Assembly: GCA_051005175.1 (NCBI GenBank) | Contig: JBPCJP010000171.1 | Coordinates: 4,564-68,563 of the forward strand | Source of the DNA: Gemmatimonadaceae bacterium | GTDB lineage: Bacteria > Gemmatimonadota > Gemmatimonadetes > Gemmatimonadales > Gemmatimonadaceae | DNA: 64,000 nt | Direction: 5' to 3' | Part shown: positions 29,732 to 39,513 of the stretch, piece after piece | Layout: each line of letters begins with the position of its first letter | Numbering within the stretch: position 1 is the stretch's first letter | Position numbers and translations under genes: made by a program | The notes under the pieces: generated by a model | What the model saw: only the letters and a program-made list of their open reading frames with translations | Told to the model about the DNA's origin: nothing | The model's database searches: none

Positions 29732-32544
29732 ATATCGCCATGCGTCGAGGACGGGCGGGGGTACCAGCCCGTTTCGCGTCGTTCGGGCGCGTGAAGCGGC
29801 CCCGGGTGCGGCGTTCCGCACAATCGCGATCCGTTTCTGAAACTCGATCTGGACGAGATACTGGTCCTTGCCGCATCGTTATGCCGATGACCGACCTCTT
29901 CGTGCGACTCGAGCGGGTGCTCGCCGGGCGTTACACCATCGAGCGGGAGCTCGGTCAGGGCGGGATGGCGGTCGTCTACCTTGCCCGTGACCTCCGCCAT
30001 CGCCGTCATGTCGCCCTGAAAGTGCTCTCCCCCGATCTCGCTCACGCGCTTGGACCTGAGCGCTTCCTGCTGGAGATAGAGATCGCGGCAAGGCTGATTC
30101 ATCCGCACATCCTGCCTCTGTTCGATTCCGGCGCTGTTGACGGATTGCTGTTCTACGCGATGCCGTTTGTGGAGGGAGAGTCGCTGCGGCAGCGGCTCGA
30201 TCGCGAAAGCCAGTTACCAGTTGACGACGCACTCGAGATCGCGCGCCAGGTTGCGGGGGCTCTGACGTTCGCGCACGGTCAGGGGGTAGTCCACCGCGAC
30301 ATCAAGCCGGAGAACATCCTCCTCTCCGGAGGAGAGGCGCTCGTCGCGGACTTCGGGATCGCACGCGCGGTGACCGCCGCCGGAGGATCGCGGCTCACTG
30401 AGACCGGGATCAGCCTCGGCACCCCGGCGTACATGAGCCCCGAGCAGGCGAGTGCCGAGCAGGAAATCGACGGTCGCAGTGATCAGTACTCGCTGGCGTG
30501 TGTCGTCTACGAGATGCTGGTCGGTGAGCCGCCATTCAGCGGGCCATCGACGCAGGTGATTACGGCGCGGAAGTTCAGCCACCAGGAGGCGAGTGTCTCG
30601 CTATTGCGCGACAGCGTGCCCGAGTCGGTGGCCGAGGCGATACGTAAGGCGCTGGCGCCGGTGCCGGCAGACCGATACGCCACCATCGGCCGGTTTGCGG
30701 AGGCGCTGCGACTGACCGGAGTGACGGCTCCGCGTGTCGATCGCCGGCCCGCCGCTGGTCGACTGCGCGAATGGGGAGGAAAGCCGCTTGTCTGGCTTGG
30801 GCTCGGAGCGGCGATCGCGCTCCTCGCCACATTCGCGGGGAGACAGTGGACGGATGGTCGCGCGGCGCCGCGTTCCTCCGTCGTTCGAATGGCGGTGACG
30901 CTGCCTGCAGGAATCAAGGTAACGCGTGGTCCAGGTCACTATTCGCCGTCCGTAGCGCTGTCGCCCGATGGGCGAACACTCGTCATCGCGGGGACTGGAC
31001 CGGAAGGGCAGCGACTCTATCAGCGGCCGCTCGATCGCCTCCAGGTAACTCCGATCGCCGGTACGGAGGGCGCCTCGAGCCCTTTCTTTTCGCCGGATGG
31101 GATGTGGTTAGGCTTCTTTGCCGACGGCCGCATCCGGAGAATGCCGGCGGCGGGCGGTGCCGCAGTCGATGTTGCGCAAATTGAGCATGTCCTCACCGGT
31201 GCCAGCTGGGGACCGGATGACCAGATCGTGTTCACGTACGGTATCAACGCTCCGCTCAGCGTCGTGAGGGCGGCCGGTGGTGACGTGAGGCCGCTGATCA
31301 GTCGCAATGAGGGTGAACCGGGCCATTCACACCCTGAGATACTGCCTGATGGCCGCACCGTTCTGTTCCAGTCGGGCGCGCGCATCCACGCGCTCGACAT
31401 CCGTAGTGGGCGTCGAGCCGAGCTTGTCACGGGAACGGCTCCGCATTACACGGATGGCCAGTTGATCTATGCGCGTGGATCGGTTCTCCTCGCGGTACCC
31501 TTCGACCCAGGCAGCTTCAAGGTGACTGGCCCGGGCGTACCGCTCGTCGAGGGGGTAGCACATGAAGCCGATGTGTCGCACTACGCCATCTCTCGCAGCG
31601 GGGTACTCGCCTATCTGCCGGGCGCCAGTGCTCAATCACTCGCTCTCGTGAACGGAAGCGGATCCGAGCGAACCCTTCTGGACGAGCTGCACGTATTCGA
31701 GAATCCCCGGTTTTCACCGGATGGAGCGCGGCTCGCAGTAGCTGCCGGGCGCCGACTCGGCGAGCCGACCGACATCTGGATTCATGACATTGGTACAGGA
31801 GCAGGCTCGCAACTTACATTCGACGGAGGGCGCGCCCCCGTGTGGACGCCCGACGGTGCGAGCATCACCTTCTCGAGGCTTGCCAACCGCCGGGGCATCT
31901 ACACCAAGCGTGTGGACGGCCGCGGAGATGCAGAACAGGTGGTGGCTCTTGATACGTTTCACTGGCTCGTTGGCTGGACCCCTGACACCAAGACCCTCGT
32001 ATATGGACTCATTGAGTCCGCGAACGGGAACGAGACGCGATCCTCGATCATGGCCGTCACGGATGGTCGCTCACGCCGGATCGTGGGGCCTGGCTCTGTA
32101 TGGGGTGGCCGATTGTCGCCCGACGGACGCCTGCTGGCGTATTACACTCTCGAGTCAGGACGTTTTCAGGTCTATCTGACAACGTTCCCTAATGCTGGCG
32201 GGCGGTGGCTAATCTCGGAAGACGGAGGGCGCGACCCGAGTTGGGGCCGGGACGGCACTCAGCTTTATTACCGGAGCGGTGACCGTCTCATGGCGGCGCG
32301 TATCGACACCACCGCGGGCGTGCGTGTTCTCTCCAGGCGGCTCGTCCTCACCCCGTTTTCTCCGCCGCTTTACGACGACTATCACGTACACCCTGATGGG
32401 CAAACGCTGGCGGTCGTCCGGCCGCGCGATGAATCCGATCGCGAGGTCGCGGTGGTGCTCGACTGGCTTGATGGCATTGGTCGCGGTTCGCGGCGATAAC
32501 CAGCATCAACTGAATATCGCTATGCGTCGAGGGCGGGCGGGGGT
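29732..32544 (+). repeat. 31-bp direct repeat pair (29732-29762 and 32514-32544) bracketing the first kinase gene
   Basis: atatcgccatgcgtcgaggacgggcgggggt vs atatcgctatgcgtcgagggcgggcgggggt, 29/31 identical. Confidence 0.8.
29881..32499 (+). CDS. Hanks-type Ser/Thr protein kinase with TM segment and TolB-like PD40 beta-propeller
   Basis: LGQGGMAVVY, VALK, HRDIKPEN, DFGIA, GTPAYMSPE; repeated SPDG/TPDG motifs. Confidence 0.9.
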   Translation: MPMTDLFVRLERVLAGRYTIERELGQGGMAVVYLARDLRHRRHVALKVLSPDLAHALGPERFLLEIEIAARLIHPHILPLFDSGAVDGLLFYAMPFVEGESLRQRLDRESQLPVDDALEIARQVAGALTFAHGQGVVHRDIKPENILLSGGEALVADFGIARAVTAAGGSRLTETGISLGTPAYMSPEQASAEQEIDGRSDQYSLACVVYEMLVGEPPFSGPSTQVITARKFSHQEASVSLLRDSVPESVAEAIRKALAPVPADRYATIGRFAEALRLTGVTAPRVDRRPAAGRLREWGGKPLVWLGLGAAIALLATFAGRQWTDGRAAPRSSVVRMAVTLPAGIKVTRGPGHYSPSVALSPDGRTLVIAGTGPEGQRLYQRPLDRLQVTPIAGTEGASSPFFSPDGMWLGFFADGRIRRMPAAGGAAVDVAQIEHVLTGASWGPDDQIVFTYGINAPLSVVRAAGGDVRPLISRNEGEPGHSHPEILPDGRTVLFQSGARIHALDIRSGRRAELVTGTAPHYTDGQLIYARGSVLLAVPFDPGSFKVTGPGVPLVEGVAHEADVSHYAISRSGVLAYLPGASAQSLALVNGSGSERTLLDELHVFENPRFSPDGARLAVAAGRRLGEPTDIWIHDIGTGAGSQLTFDGGRAPVWTPDGASITFSRLANRRGIYTKRVDGRGDAEQVVALDTFHWLVGWTPDTKTLVYGLIESANGNETRSSIMAVTDGRSRRIVGPGSVWGGRLSPDGRLLAYYTLESGRFQVYLTTFPNAGGRWLISEDGGRDPSWGRDGTQLYYRSGDRLMAARIDTTAGVRVLSRRLVLTPFSPPLYDDYHVHPDGQTLAVVRPRDESDREVAVVLDWLDGIGRGSRR

Positions 32545-32645
32545 TGGGCGTAAGGCAACGTGAAATCAGCTCGCCGTGGCGGCACCAGCGGGAAAACACT
32601 TTATTTGTCAGGGCAGAAGCTTAACGCGACCTTTGCGGGCCCCCC

Positions 32646-34139
32646 TTGATCGAAAACCTGAAGGCCGCGCTGGCCGGCCGCTACGAAATTCAGGGAGAGC
32701 TTGGCCACGGCGGCATGGCGACAGTCTACCTCGCGCGCGACGAGCGGCACGAGCGAATGGTTGCCGTCAAAGTTCTCCGCCCCGATTTCGCGGCATCACT
32801 CGGCGGCGAGCGCTTCCTGAGGGAGATACGCATCGCTGCGAACCTGCAGCATCCGCACATCCTCACGCTCATCGACTCGGGATCTGCCGACGACGTGTTG
32901 TATTACGTCATGCCTTTCGCCGAGGGGATGAGTCTGCGTGATCGCCTTGCGGGCACGGCGCTTCCGGTCTCCGAGGTTGTGCGATATCTGCGCGACATAT
33001 TCGATGCACTATCGTACGCGCACGCCCAGGGTGTCGTTCATCGTGACATCAAGCCCGACAACATCATGCTGTCAGGCCGCCATGCACTCGTTGTCGATTT
33101 CGGCATCGCAAAAGCTGTGTCTGCGGCGCAAACGCAGAAGCCAGGGTCTGCCAGTGCGGAACCGCTCACGCAGGTCGGCACTTCCATCGGCACGCCACGA
33201 AAAATTGCGCGATGACCGGTGGACACATCGCGTCGCACTCCCGGAGATCCGCCGCCTGGCCGAGGCGAACCGTTTCGATAGCGCGTTCATGCTGGCAACG
33301 CGCGCCGAGAAGATACTTGGTAATGATTCAACGCTCGAATCATTATGGGAACGTGTGAGCGGAAAGGTGAGCTTCACGTCGGTTCCCGCGGGCGCCAGCG
33401 TGTTCAGGTCAGCTTATCACGACTCCGTGGGGTGGACCGAGGTCAGCGTCACACCAGCGGACAGCATTCGCCTACCGTTGGGAGTCAGCCGATACCGATT
33501 CGAGTTGGCGGGCCATCATCCCGTACATGTTGCCGGTGGTCCAGGTCGTCTCGAGAACGCGCAAGTTGTTCTTCAGCGTCTTGACTCGAGCGATGGCCGG
33601 ATGGTTCATGTCAACGGTGGCCGCACGGAGCTGTCGATGCCCGGCCTCAGCCGGGTTCCCGCAGTGGTTCTGCCCGCCTTCCATATAGACAGGCACGAAG
33701 TGACAAACGGGGAGTACGGCCGTTTTGTCCGCGCCGGGGGATATACCGACGCGTCATTCTGGGAGATTCCGATTATCCAGGGCGGACGAACACTCTCGTT
33801 CGCCGAGGCCCAGCGAATTCTTGTGGATCGAACTGGGCGGGCGGGGCCGGCGGGCTGGGAGGGCGGCGATTTTCCCACAGGGCAGGACCAGATTCCTGTG
33901 GGTGGAGTGAGCTGGTATGAGGCGGCCGCGTACGCAAAATTCACGGGCAAGTCGCTCCCCAGCATGTATCACTGGAATCGCGCCGCGACGAGAGCGATGG
34001 GCGCACTCATCATCCCGGGCAGCAACTACGGCGGGCGTGGTCCAACGCGCATCCTGAAGCGCACACCGTCCCGCGCACGGAATCTGTTCGCGAGACCATG
34101 GCGTGGCTTGACCGATATCTTGGTCCAGTGCGGAGGTAG
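32646..34139 (+). pseudogene. Ser/Thr kinase-FGE(SUMF1)-alpha/beta-hydrolase fusion gene with two internal deletions and frameshifts
   Basis: Kinase to GTP (~33195), then another frame gives VALPEIRRLAE and FGE motifs (IDRHEVTNGEY, PVGGVSWYEAAAYAKF), then a further frame change gives a hydrolase tail HTVPRTESVRETMAWLDRYLGPVRR* (stop 34139). Confidence 0.75.
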
Positions 34140-34355
34140 CCAGCCGATGGTGACGCCCCGGCGTTCACTCGAATGGACCCTCGTAGCATCGGCGACCATC
34201 GACACCGCGACCGGCGGCCATCGCTGACGCTGGCGCCCTCAGACTGCCCATGCGACATTGTGACCCGGTCTTCTTATCCTGCGCGGAGCGTATATGGACG
34301 TTGGTTCAGCTCGGAGAATTAAACCATTCGTCGGACAGGGACGTCCGTTAGCAAC

Positions 34356-34655
34356 GTGAAACACTTTCTTCTTTTCTACGACGTCACGCCCGACTATCTT
34401 GAGCGCCGCGCGGAATTTCGCCCGGCTCATCTCCAGCTCGCGCGTGCCGCGCAGGATCGCGGCGAGCTCGTCCTCGGCGGTGCGTTGACGAACCCGGTCG
34501 ATGGCGCGGTTCTGCTCTTCCGCGGTGAATCCGCGGAAGTCGCGGAGAATTTCGCCAGCACGGATCCCTACGTTCTTAACGGCCTCATAAAAGAATGGCG
34601 GGTCCGCGAGTGGACGACGGTCGTCGGGGCGGAGGCCGCGACCCCGCTGGTGTAG
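34356..34655 (+). CDS. YciI-family protein
   Basis: RAEFRPAHL, LGGAL, DPYVLNGL, WRVREW. Confidence 0.85.
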   Translation: MKHFLLFYDVTPDYLERRAEFRPAHLQLARAAQDRGELVLGGALTNPVDGAVLLFRGESAEVAENFASTDPYVLNGLIKEWRVREWTTVVGAEAATPLV

Positions 34656-34713
34656 AATTCCTGAGAAATCCTTCGGGTACACCAGCTCATACACCTGATC
34701 ACGGGAGGATTCC

Positions 34714-34878
34714 GTGCCCAAGAAGCATCGTACCGCAGTTCCGGACTTCTCGACTCACAAGCCGCAGTCAAAGGTGCCGGGTGCGCCGACTGCTAAGGGA
34801 GCCAAGCCCGCACCACCTTCCGCGCCGAAGGTCAAGCCGCAGGCGACGTCCTCCAAGTCCGGGCGTCGTGGCGCCTAG
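34714..34878 (+). CDS. Small Lys/Pro-rich hypothetical protein (54 aa), absent from the ORF track
   Basis: GGGAGG RBS 5 nt before GTG; MPKKHRTAVPDFSTHKPQSKVPGAPTAKGAKPAPPSAPKVKPQATSSKSGRRGA*. Confidence 0.6.
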   Translation: MPKKHRTAVPDFSTHKPQSKVPGAPTAKGAKPAPPSAPKVKPQATSSKSGRRGA

Positions 34879-35416
34879 TGGGACCGACCTTCGTCTTGCT
34901 GGTGTTAGAGACGTACCTGAGCTTCAGGATCTCATCGGACTGTCGGTGCGAGCGCTGAGCGCGGGCATCTATACTCCGGCTCAGATTGAAGCGGCACTCG
35001 TTCATGTTTTCGGCGTCGATTCGCAGCTCGTCGCGGACGGGACGTACTATGTGATTGAGGATGCAGGGACGCTGGTTGCGGCGGGAGGATGGAGCAGTCG
35101 CCAAAGGCTGTATGGAGGGGATCAGGCACGAGGCGAGCCCGACCCGACGTTGGACCCAGCGACAACGCCAGCCCGTATCCGCGCCTTTTTCGTTCATCCC
35201 GGCTGGATAAGGCGGGGACTCGCACGCTGGATATATCAGGCATGCCAGGGAGCTGCAAAGGCGCGGGGATTTCGGGCGTTCGATGTGGTTGCGACTTTGC
35301 CCGGCGAGCCGCTCTATCGCGCGCTAGGGTTCGCGCCTGTCGAGACTATTTCAATCGCCTTACCGGGAGATCTCGTGCTTCCCTGCGTGCGGATGCGCTG
35401 TCCTATTGATGCATGA
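34868..35416 (+). CDS. GNAT N-acetyltransferase (start approximate)
   Basis: FGVDSQLVADGTYYV, ARIRAFFVHPGWIRRGLA, ATLPGEPLYRALGF. Confidence 0.8.
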   Translation: MAPSGTDLRLAGVRDVPELQDLIGLSVRALSAGIYTPAQIEAALVHVFGVDSQLVADGTYYVIEDAGTLVAAGGWSSRQRLYGGDQARGEPDPTLDPATTPARIRAFFVHPGWIRRGLARWIYQACQGAAKARGFRAFDVVATLPGEPLYRALGFAPVETISIALPGDLVLPCVRMRCPIDA

Positions 35417-35509
35417 ACAGCACGGCATCTGCGCGAAAAGGTGATCGGCGTCTGCGCCTTGTGCCGCGGTGCGCGCCCCGAGAAGCGGGGTCCGACAGGA
35501 TTGCCTCGG

Positions 35510-36031
35510 TCAGCCGGGAATTCTCACCGAATCGGCGATGGCGCAGACTGATTCCTGCACCCGGTATTCATAACCTTCCTTCGTGCGCGCAGCGCGCAAC
35601 CATTCCCGATATTCCGCCCATGTTCCTGTCGGTGGAACCAGATCATGAGGGGGAGCAACGGTCCTGATCAGGCCGGCCTGGCGTGCCCTGCGGTTCCCGT
35701 CCCACGCAGATTGCCCGAATCGCCTTACGCCCTCGATCACGAGCGTGCGCTCGAGCGAAGACATTCCCGATTCCATCAGCGCAATCGCCATGATGTTATC
35801 GGCCTGGGCACGCGTGCAGTCCTGCCGCCAGTAGAGATAATCGTGCACGATTGCTGCGGTCACGTATCGGTCGGTATTTGTGCGCCGCCCCCGAAGTATC
35901 TGCAGCGGTTGCGGTATGGAGGCAAGGTCAGTCACGAATCCCCTTGGAACTATGACAACGTACGGACTGTTCTTTCCTATCTCGTGAATCACGAAGCACC
36001 TGGGCTGCAATCCGTTCTCTACAGGGTACAT
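35510..36031 (-). CDS. DUF1353-domain protein, possibly 5'-truncated
   Basis: VPRGFVTDLASIP, AAIVHDYLY, RAQAD, GVRRFG. Confidence 0.7.
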   Translation of the reverse strand: MYPVENGLQPRCFVIHEIGKNSPYVVIVPRGFVTDLASIPQPLQILRGRRTNTDRYVTAAIVHDYLYWRQDCTRAQADNIMAIALMESGMSSLERTLVIEGVRRFGQSAWDGNRRARQAGLIRTVAPPHDLVPPTGTWAEYREWLRAARTKEGYEYRVQESVCAIADSVRIPG

Positions 36032-36034
36032 GCA

Positions 36035-36466
36035 TTGAGGATTGAGATTCGACACCTCGGACCAGATGATGCCGAAGTCCTTCAGAGCGTCGATCCCGAT
36101 GTCTTCGACAATCCCGTCGACGCACGATGGGCCGCGGAGTTCCTTGCTGATCCCCGCCATCACATCATCGTTGCCATCGATGCCGGCTGCGTCATCGGCA
36201 TGATCACGGCGGTGAACTACGTCCATCCGGACAAGGCGCCACAGCTCTGGATCAACGAGGTTGGCGTGGCGGAGTCGCACCGTCGGCAGGGCATCGGGCG
36301 CTGGCTGCTGGATGCAATGCTGGCACACGGACGGACACTGGAATGCACCGAGGCATGGCTCGGCACCGAAGTCGACAACGTTCCAGCTCGGGCACTGTAT
36401 GAGAGCGGTGGTTCAGCACCGGAGGACTTCGTTCTTTACTCGTTCAACCTGGCGCCTTTACCATAA
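36035..36466 (+). CDS. GNAT N-acetyltransferase (start approximate, TTG)
   Basis: HPDKAPQLWINEVGVAESHRRQGIG, WLGTEVDNVPARALYESGG. Confidence 0.78.
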   Translation: MRIEIRHLGPDDAEVLQSVDPDVFDNPVDARWAAEFLADPRHHIIVAIDAGCVIGMITAVNYVHPDKAPQLWINEVGVAESHRRQGIGRWLLDAMLAHGRTLECTEAWLGTEVDNVPARALYESGGSAPEDFVLYSFNLAPLP

Positions 36467-37722
36467 TGACAGACTCTTCAGCAGCTTCCCCGAATTCAGC
36501 TCCCGCGCTCGAACGGATCACTGCGCTCGACGTGGTCCGGGGTGTGGCAGTCGCGGGAATTCTCGTCGCAAATGTACTGACGTTCTTTGGACTGTTCGCG
36601 ATCCCCGACGGGCGGGCCGCTGCACTGCCCACGGCGGCTGCTGACAAGGTTGCGACGTTCCTCGAGCATGTCTTCGTGACGGGCAAGTTCTATTCGATAT
36701 TCTCGCTGCTATTCGGAATCGGCTTCGGACTCCAACTCGTTCGCGGTGGCGACGCGGCACTACCGAGGTTCCGCCGCCGGCTGTGGATCCTGCTCGCGAT
36801 CGGCGCCATCCACGCCGTGTTCATATGGGCGGGCGATATCCTCATGCTTTACGCGATGCTCGGATTCACGCTGCCGTGGTTCGCGCGCAAACCGGACCGG
36901 TCGCTCCTGCGCTGGACCGTTACCCTGCTCGCCGTGCCCGCGACGCTTTATGTCATCGCGCTCCTTCTCTTCGTGACACTCGGACCAGGCGCATCACCAC
37001 CGGCCCCTGAAGATTCGGGCATGCCTCCGCATATTCTCGAGACCGTCGCGGCGATGGGAACCGGGGGGCTCAGGGAAGCATTCATCTTCAACCTCGTGCT
37101 TCTCGCCGGGCGCTGGATCGACCTCGTGATATCAATGCGATTCCCCAAGGTGCTCGGCATGTTCGTGCTGGGATTTTACCTCGCGCGGTCCGGAATCGTG
37201 TTCTCGCTCGCGGATCATCGCCGCACGCTGGTTCGCTGGAGCCTCATCGGATGGAGCGTTGGCCTGCCGGCAAATCTCATGGCGGCATGGGCGATGGAGC
37301 AGTGGCAGTATCTGCCGCCTTCATTCGGAGGACTTCTCGGAGTAGTGGCAGAGGCAATAGGGATTCCGCTGCTCGCCATCGGCTACGCATCGACGATCGC
37401 GCTGATTGTAGTCGACGGACGCCGCATTCTCAACGCCTTTGCTCCAGTCGGGCGAATGGCGCTAACGAACTACCTGATGCACTCCGTTGTGTGCGTCACG
37501 CTTTCATATGGCTTCGGGTTTGGTCTGTGGTGGCGGATCGGAGCTTCCACCGCGATGGGAATCGCCATTGCGATAGTACTCGTGCAGATCCCGCTCAGCG
37601 CATGGTGGCTCTCACGCGCGCGGTTCGGGCCAGTCGAATGGATCTGGCGGCGGCTTACCTACGAACAGTCGATTCCGTTCATGCGAAGGGGGGTCGAGCA
37701 GCGCCCCGCCGCGATGTCATAA
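36466..37722 (+). CDS. DUF418 (YeiB-like) membrane protein
   Basis: RITALDVVRG, KFYSIFSLLFGIG, WAGDIL, GRMALTNY, GPVEWIWRRLTY. Confidence 0.88.
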   Translation: MTDSSAASPNSAPALERITALDVVRGVAVAGILVANVLTFFGLFAIPDGRAAALPTAAADKVATFLEHVFVTGKFYSIFSLLFGIGFGLQLVRGGDAALPRFRRRLWILLAIGAIHAVFIWAGDILMLYAMLGFTLPWFARKPDRSLLRWTVTLLAVPATLYVIALLLFVTLGPGASPPAPEDSGMPPHILETVAAMGTGGLREAFIFNLVLLAGRWIDLVISMRFPKVLGMFVLGFYLARSGIVFSLADHRRTLVRWSLIGWSVGLPANLMAAWAMEQWQYLPPSFGGLLGVVAEAIGIPLLAIGYASTIALIVVDGRRILNAFAPVGRMALTNYLMHSVVCVTLSYGFGFGLWWRIGASTAMGIAIAIVLVQIPLSAWWLSRARFGPVEWIWRRLTYEQSIPFMRRGVEQRPAAMS

Positions 37723-37752
37723 GCCCTTCCCAGTGGCACACCGGGATTTCCT

Positions 37753-39430
37753 GCTGCCTGCTGTCTGCTGTCTGTCACCTGCCGGTGCTCCCTGCTTCGT
37801 GCTTCCTGCAAGACAGTTGCACGCTTTACCGGTAGCGGGTTGCCGTTAGCATCGGCAGGTCGCAGATAGCAGGCGGCAATCGAAAAAACGACATCGCCCG
37901 CACGGGCGACTCTCGATGCCGGACCGAGATGTCTGCAGGCGCCTGCGAAAGGCTGAAGGGTGTTGGCGTAGCTGCCTGCTGTCTGTCACCTGCCGGTGCT
38001 CCCTGCTTCGTGCTTCCTGCAGGACAGTTGCACGCTTTGCCGGTAGCAGGTTGCAGTCAGCATCAGCAGGCAGCAGACAGCAGGCGGCGATCGACAAAAC
38101 GACATCGCCCGCACGGGCGACTCTCGATGCCGGACCGAGATTTCTGCAGGCGCCTGCGAAAAAGCTGAAGGGTGTGGGTGTAGCTGCCTGCTGTCTGTCG
38201 CCTGCTGGTGCTTCCTGCTGCCTGCTTCCTGCAAGGCAGCAACGACGCTAGCTGCGGTTCCTGCGTGCGGGGCGAGCGTCGGCATCGGCGGAGAGCCGCT
38301 TTTCCAGGCCCGTCAGCATTTTTCGAATGTCTTCGATTTCCCCCTCGAAGCGAGCACAGGTCCTGGCATCGATGAGATCGAGGGCTCCTGCCACCAGCAG
38401 GTGATTCTCGGCTTCCGTCGAGGACCCAAGGGCAATTCGAGTAAAACGCGCGAATTCGCGATCGCTTTTCTTGGCGCTTCCTTCAGCAATGTTGGAGGGA
38501 ATGGATAACACGGCGCGAACGAGCTGATCGCGAACGATCGATGCCGTCTTCCCGACAATGACCTCTGAGGCGCGGACGACGTCGACGGCGAACGCGTGCG
38601 CTTTCTGCCAGACTTCCAGCTTGCGATAATCGGCCATGTTATAACAGTCGAAAGACATTGTCTCTGAAGCGGCGCCGATTGGCAACGCGTGTCATCGTCG
38701 TGATGCACGCTTTGCAGGTAGCAGGTAGCAGGTTGCAGTCAGCATCGGCAGGCCGCAGACAGCAGCAAGCAGCAAGCAGCCAGCGATCGGTAAACGACAT
38801 CGCCCGCGCGGTGGCGCGACCCCTCAGCTGTCAGGGGTCGTTCGTATCGTGAGTCTTTCCCAATGGAGCACTAGGATTTGGCTGCCTGCTGTCTGTCGCC
38901 TGCTGGTGCCTCCTGCTTCGCGCTCCCTGCAAGACAGTTGCACGCTTTGCCGGTAGCAGGTTGCCGTCAGCATCAGCAGGCCGCAGACAGCAGGCAGCGA
39001 TCGGTATGAACAACATCGTCCGCGCGGTGGCGCGACCCCTCAGCTGTCATGGGTCGTTCGTATCGTGAGTCTTTCCCAATGGAGCACCAGGATTTGGCTG
39101 CCTGCTGTCTGTCGCCTGCTGGTGCTTCCTGCTTCGTGCTTCCTGCAAGACAGTTGCAGCTTTGCCGGTAGCAGGTTGCAGTCAGCATTAGCAGGCCGCA
39201 GACAGCAGGCAGCGATCGGTATAAACGACATCGTCCGCGCGGTGGCGCGACCCCTCAGCTGTCGGGGGTCGTTCGTCTCGTGAGTCTTTCCCAATGGAGC
39301 ACCGGGATTCTGGCTGCCTGCTGTCTGTCACCTGCCGGTGCCTCCTGCTTCGTGCTCCCTGCAAGACAGTTGCACGCTTTGCCGGTAGCAGGTTGCCGTC
39401 AGCATCAGCAGGCAGCGGACAGCAGGCGGC
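37753..39430. repeat. Tandem array of six ~118-bp palindromic units (period ~211-216 bp); unit 3 carries a gene
   Basis: Units at 37753-37877, 37971-38088, 38183-38784 (filled), 38881-38998, 39097-39213, 39313-39430. Each opens gctgcctgctgtctg and closes near cagacagcaggc(a/g)gc. Confidence 0.92.
38248..38637 (-). CDS. Four-helix-bundle protein (23S rRNA-IVP/TIGR02436-like, Avd-related fold), 129 aa
   Basis: MADYRKLEVWQKAH...DQLVRAVLSIPSNIAEGS...FARFTRIALGSSTE...IRKMLTGL. Confidence 0.9.
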   Translation of the reverse strand: MADYRKLEVWQKAHAFAVDVVRASEVIVGKTASIVRDQLVRAVLSIPSNIAEGSAKKSDREFARFTRIALGSSTEAENHLLVAGALDLIDARTCARFEGEIEDIRKMLTGLEKRLSADADARPARRNRS

Positions 39431-39513
39431 AATTGGTAAACGAGATCGCCCGCGCGACGCTCGCGTCATTTGACATTGCCGACAAGCCGGTGATCGGGAT
39501 GTCCGGTGCCACT

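Noticed and set aside
36035-36466. Aminoglycoside acetyltransferase resistance gene
   Set aside because: Only generic GNAT motifs are visible; no integron or attC context.
38248-38637. Diversity-generating retroelement (Avd-like gene; FGE-fold domain at 33.6 kb)
   Set aside because: No reverse transcriptase in the window and no TR/VR pair with adenine-specific mismatches seen; repeat differences involve all bases.
38248-38637. 23S rRNA intervening sequence
   Set aside because: No rRNA sequence flanks the gene.
37753-39430. CRISPR array
   Set aside because: Units are ~118 bp, spacers are themselves repeated rather than unique, and there are no cas genes in the window.
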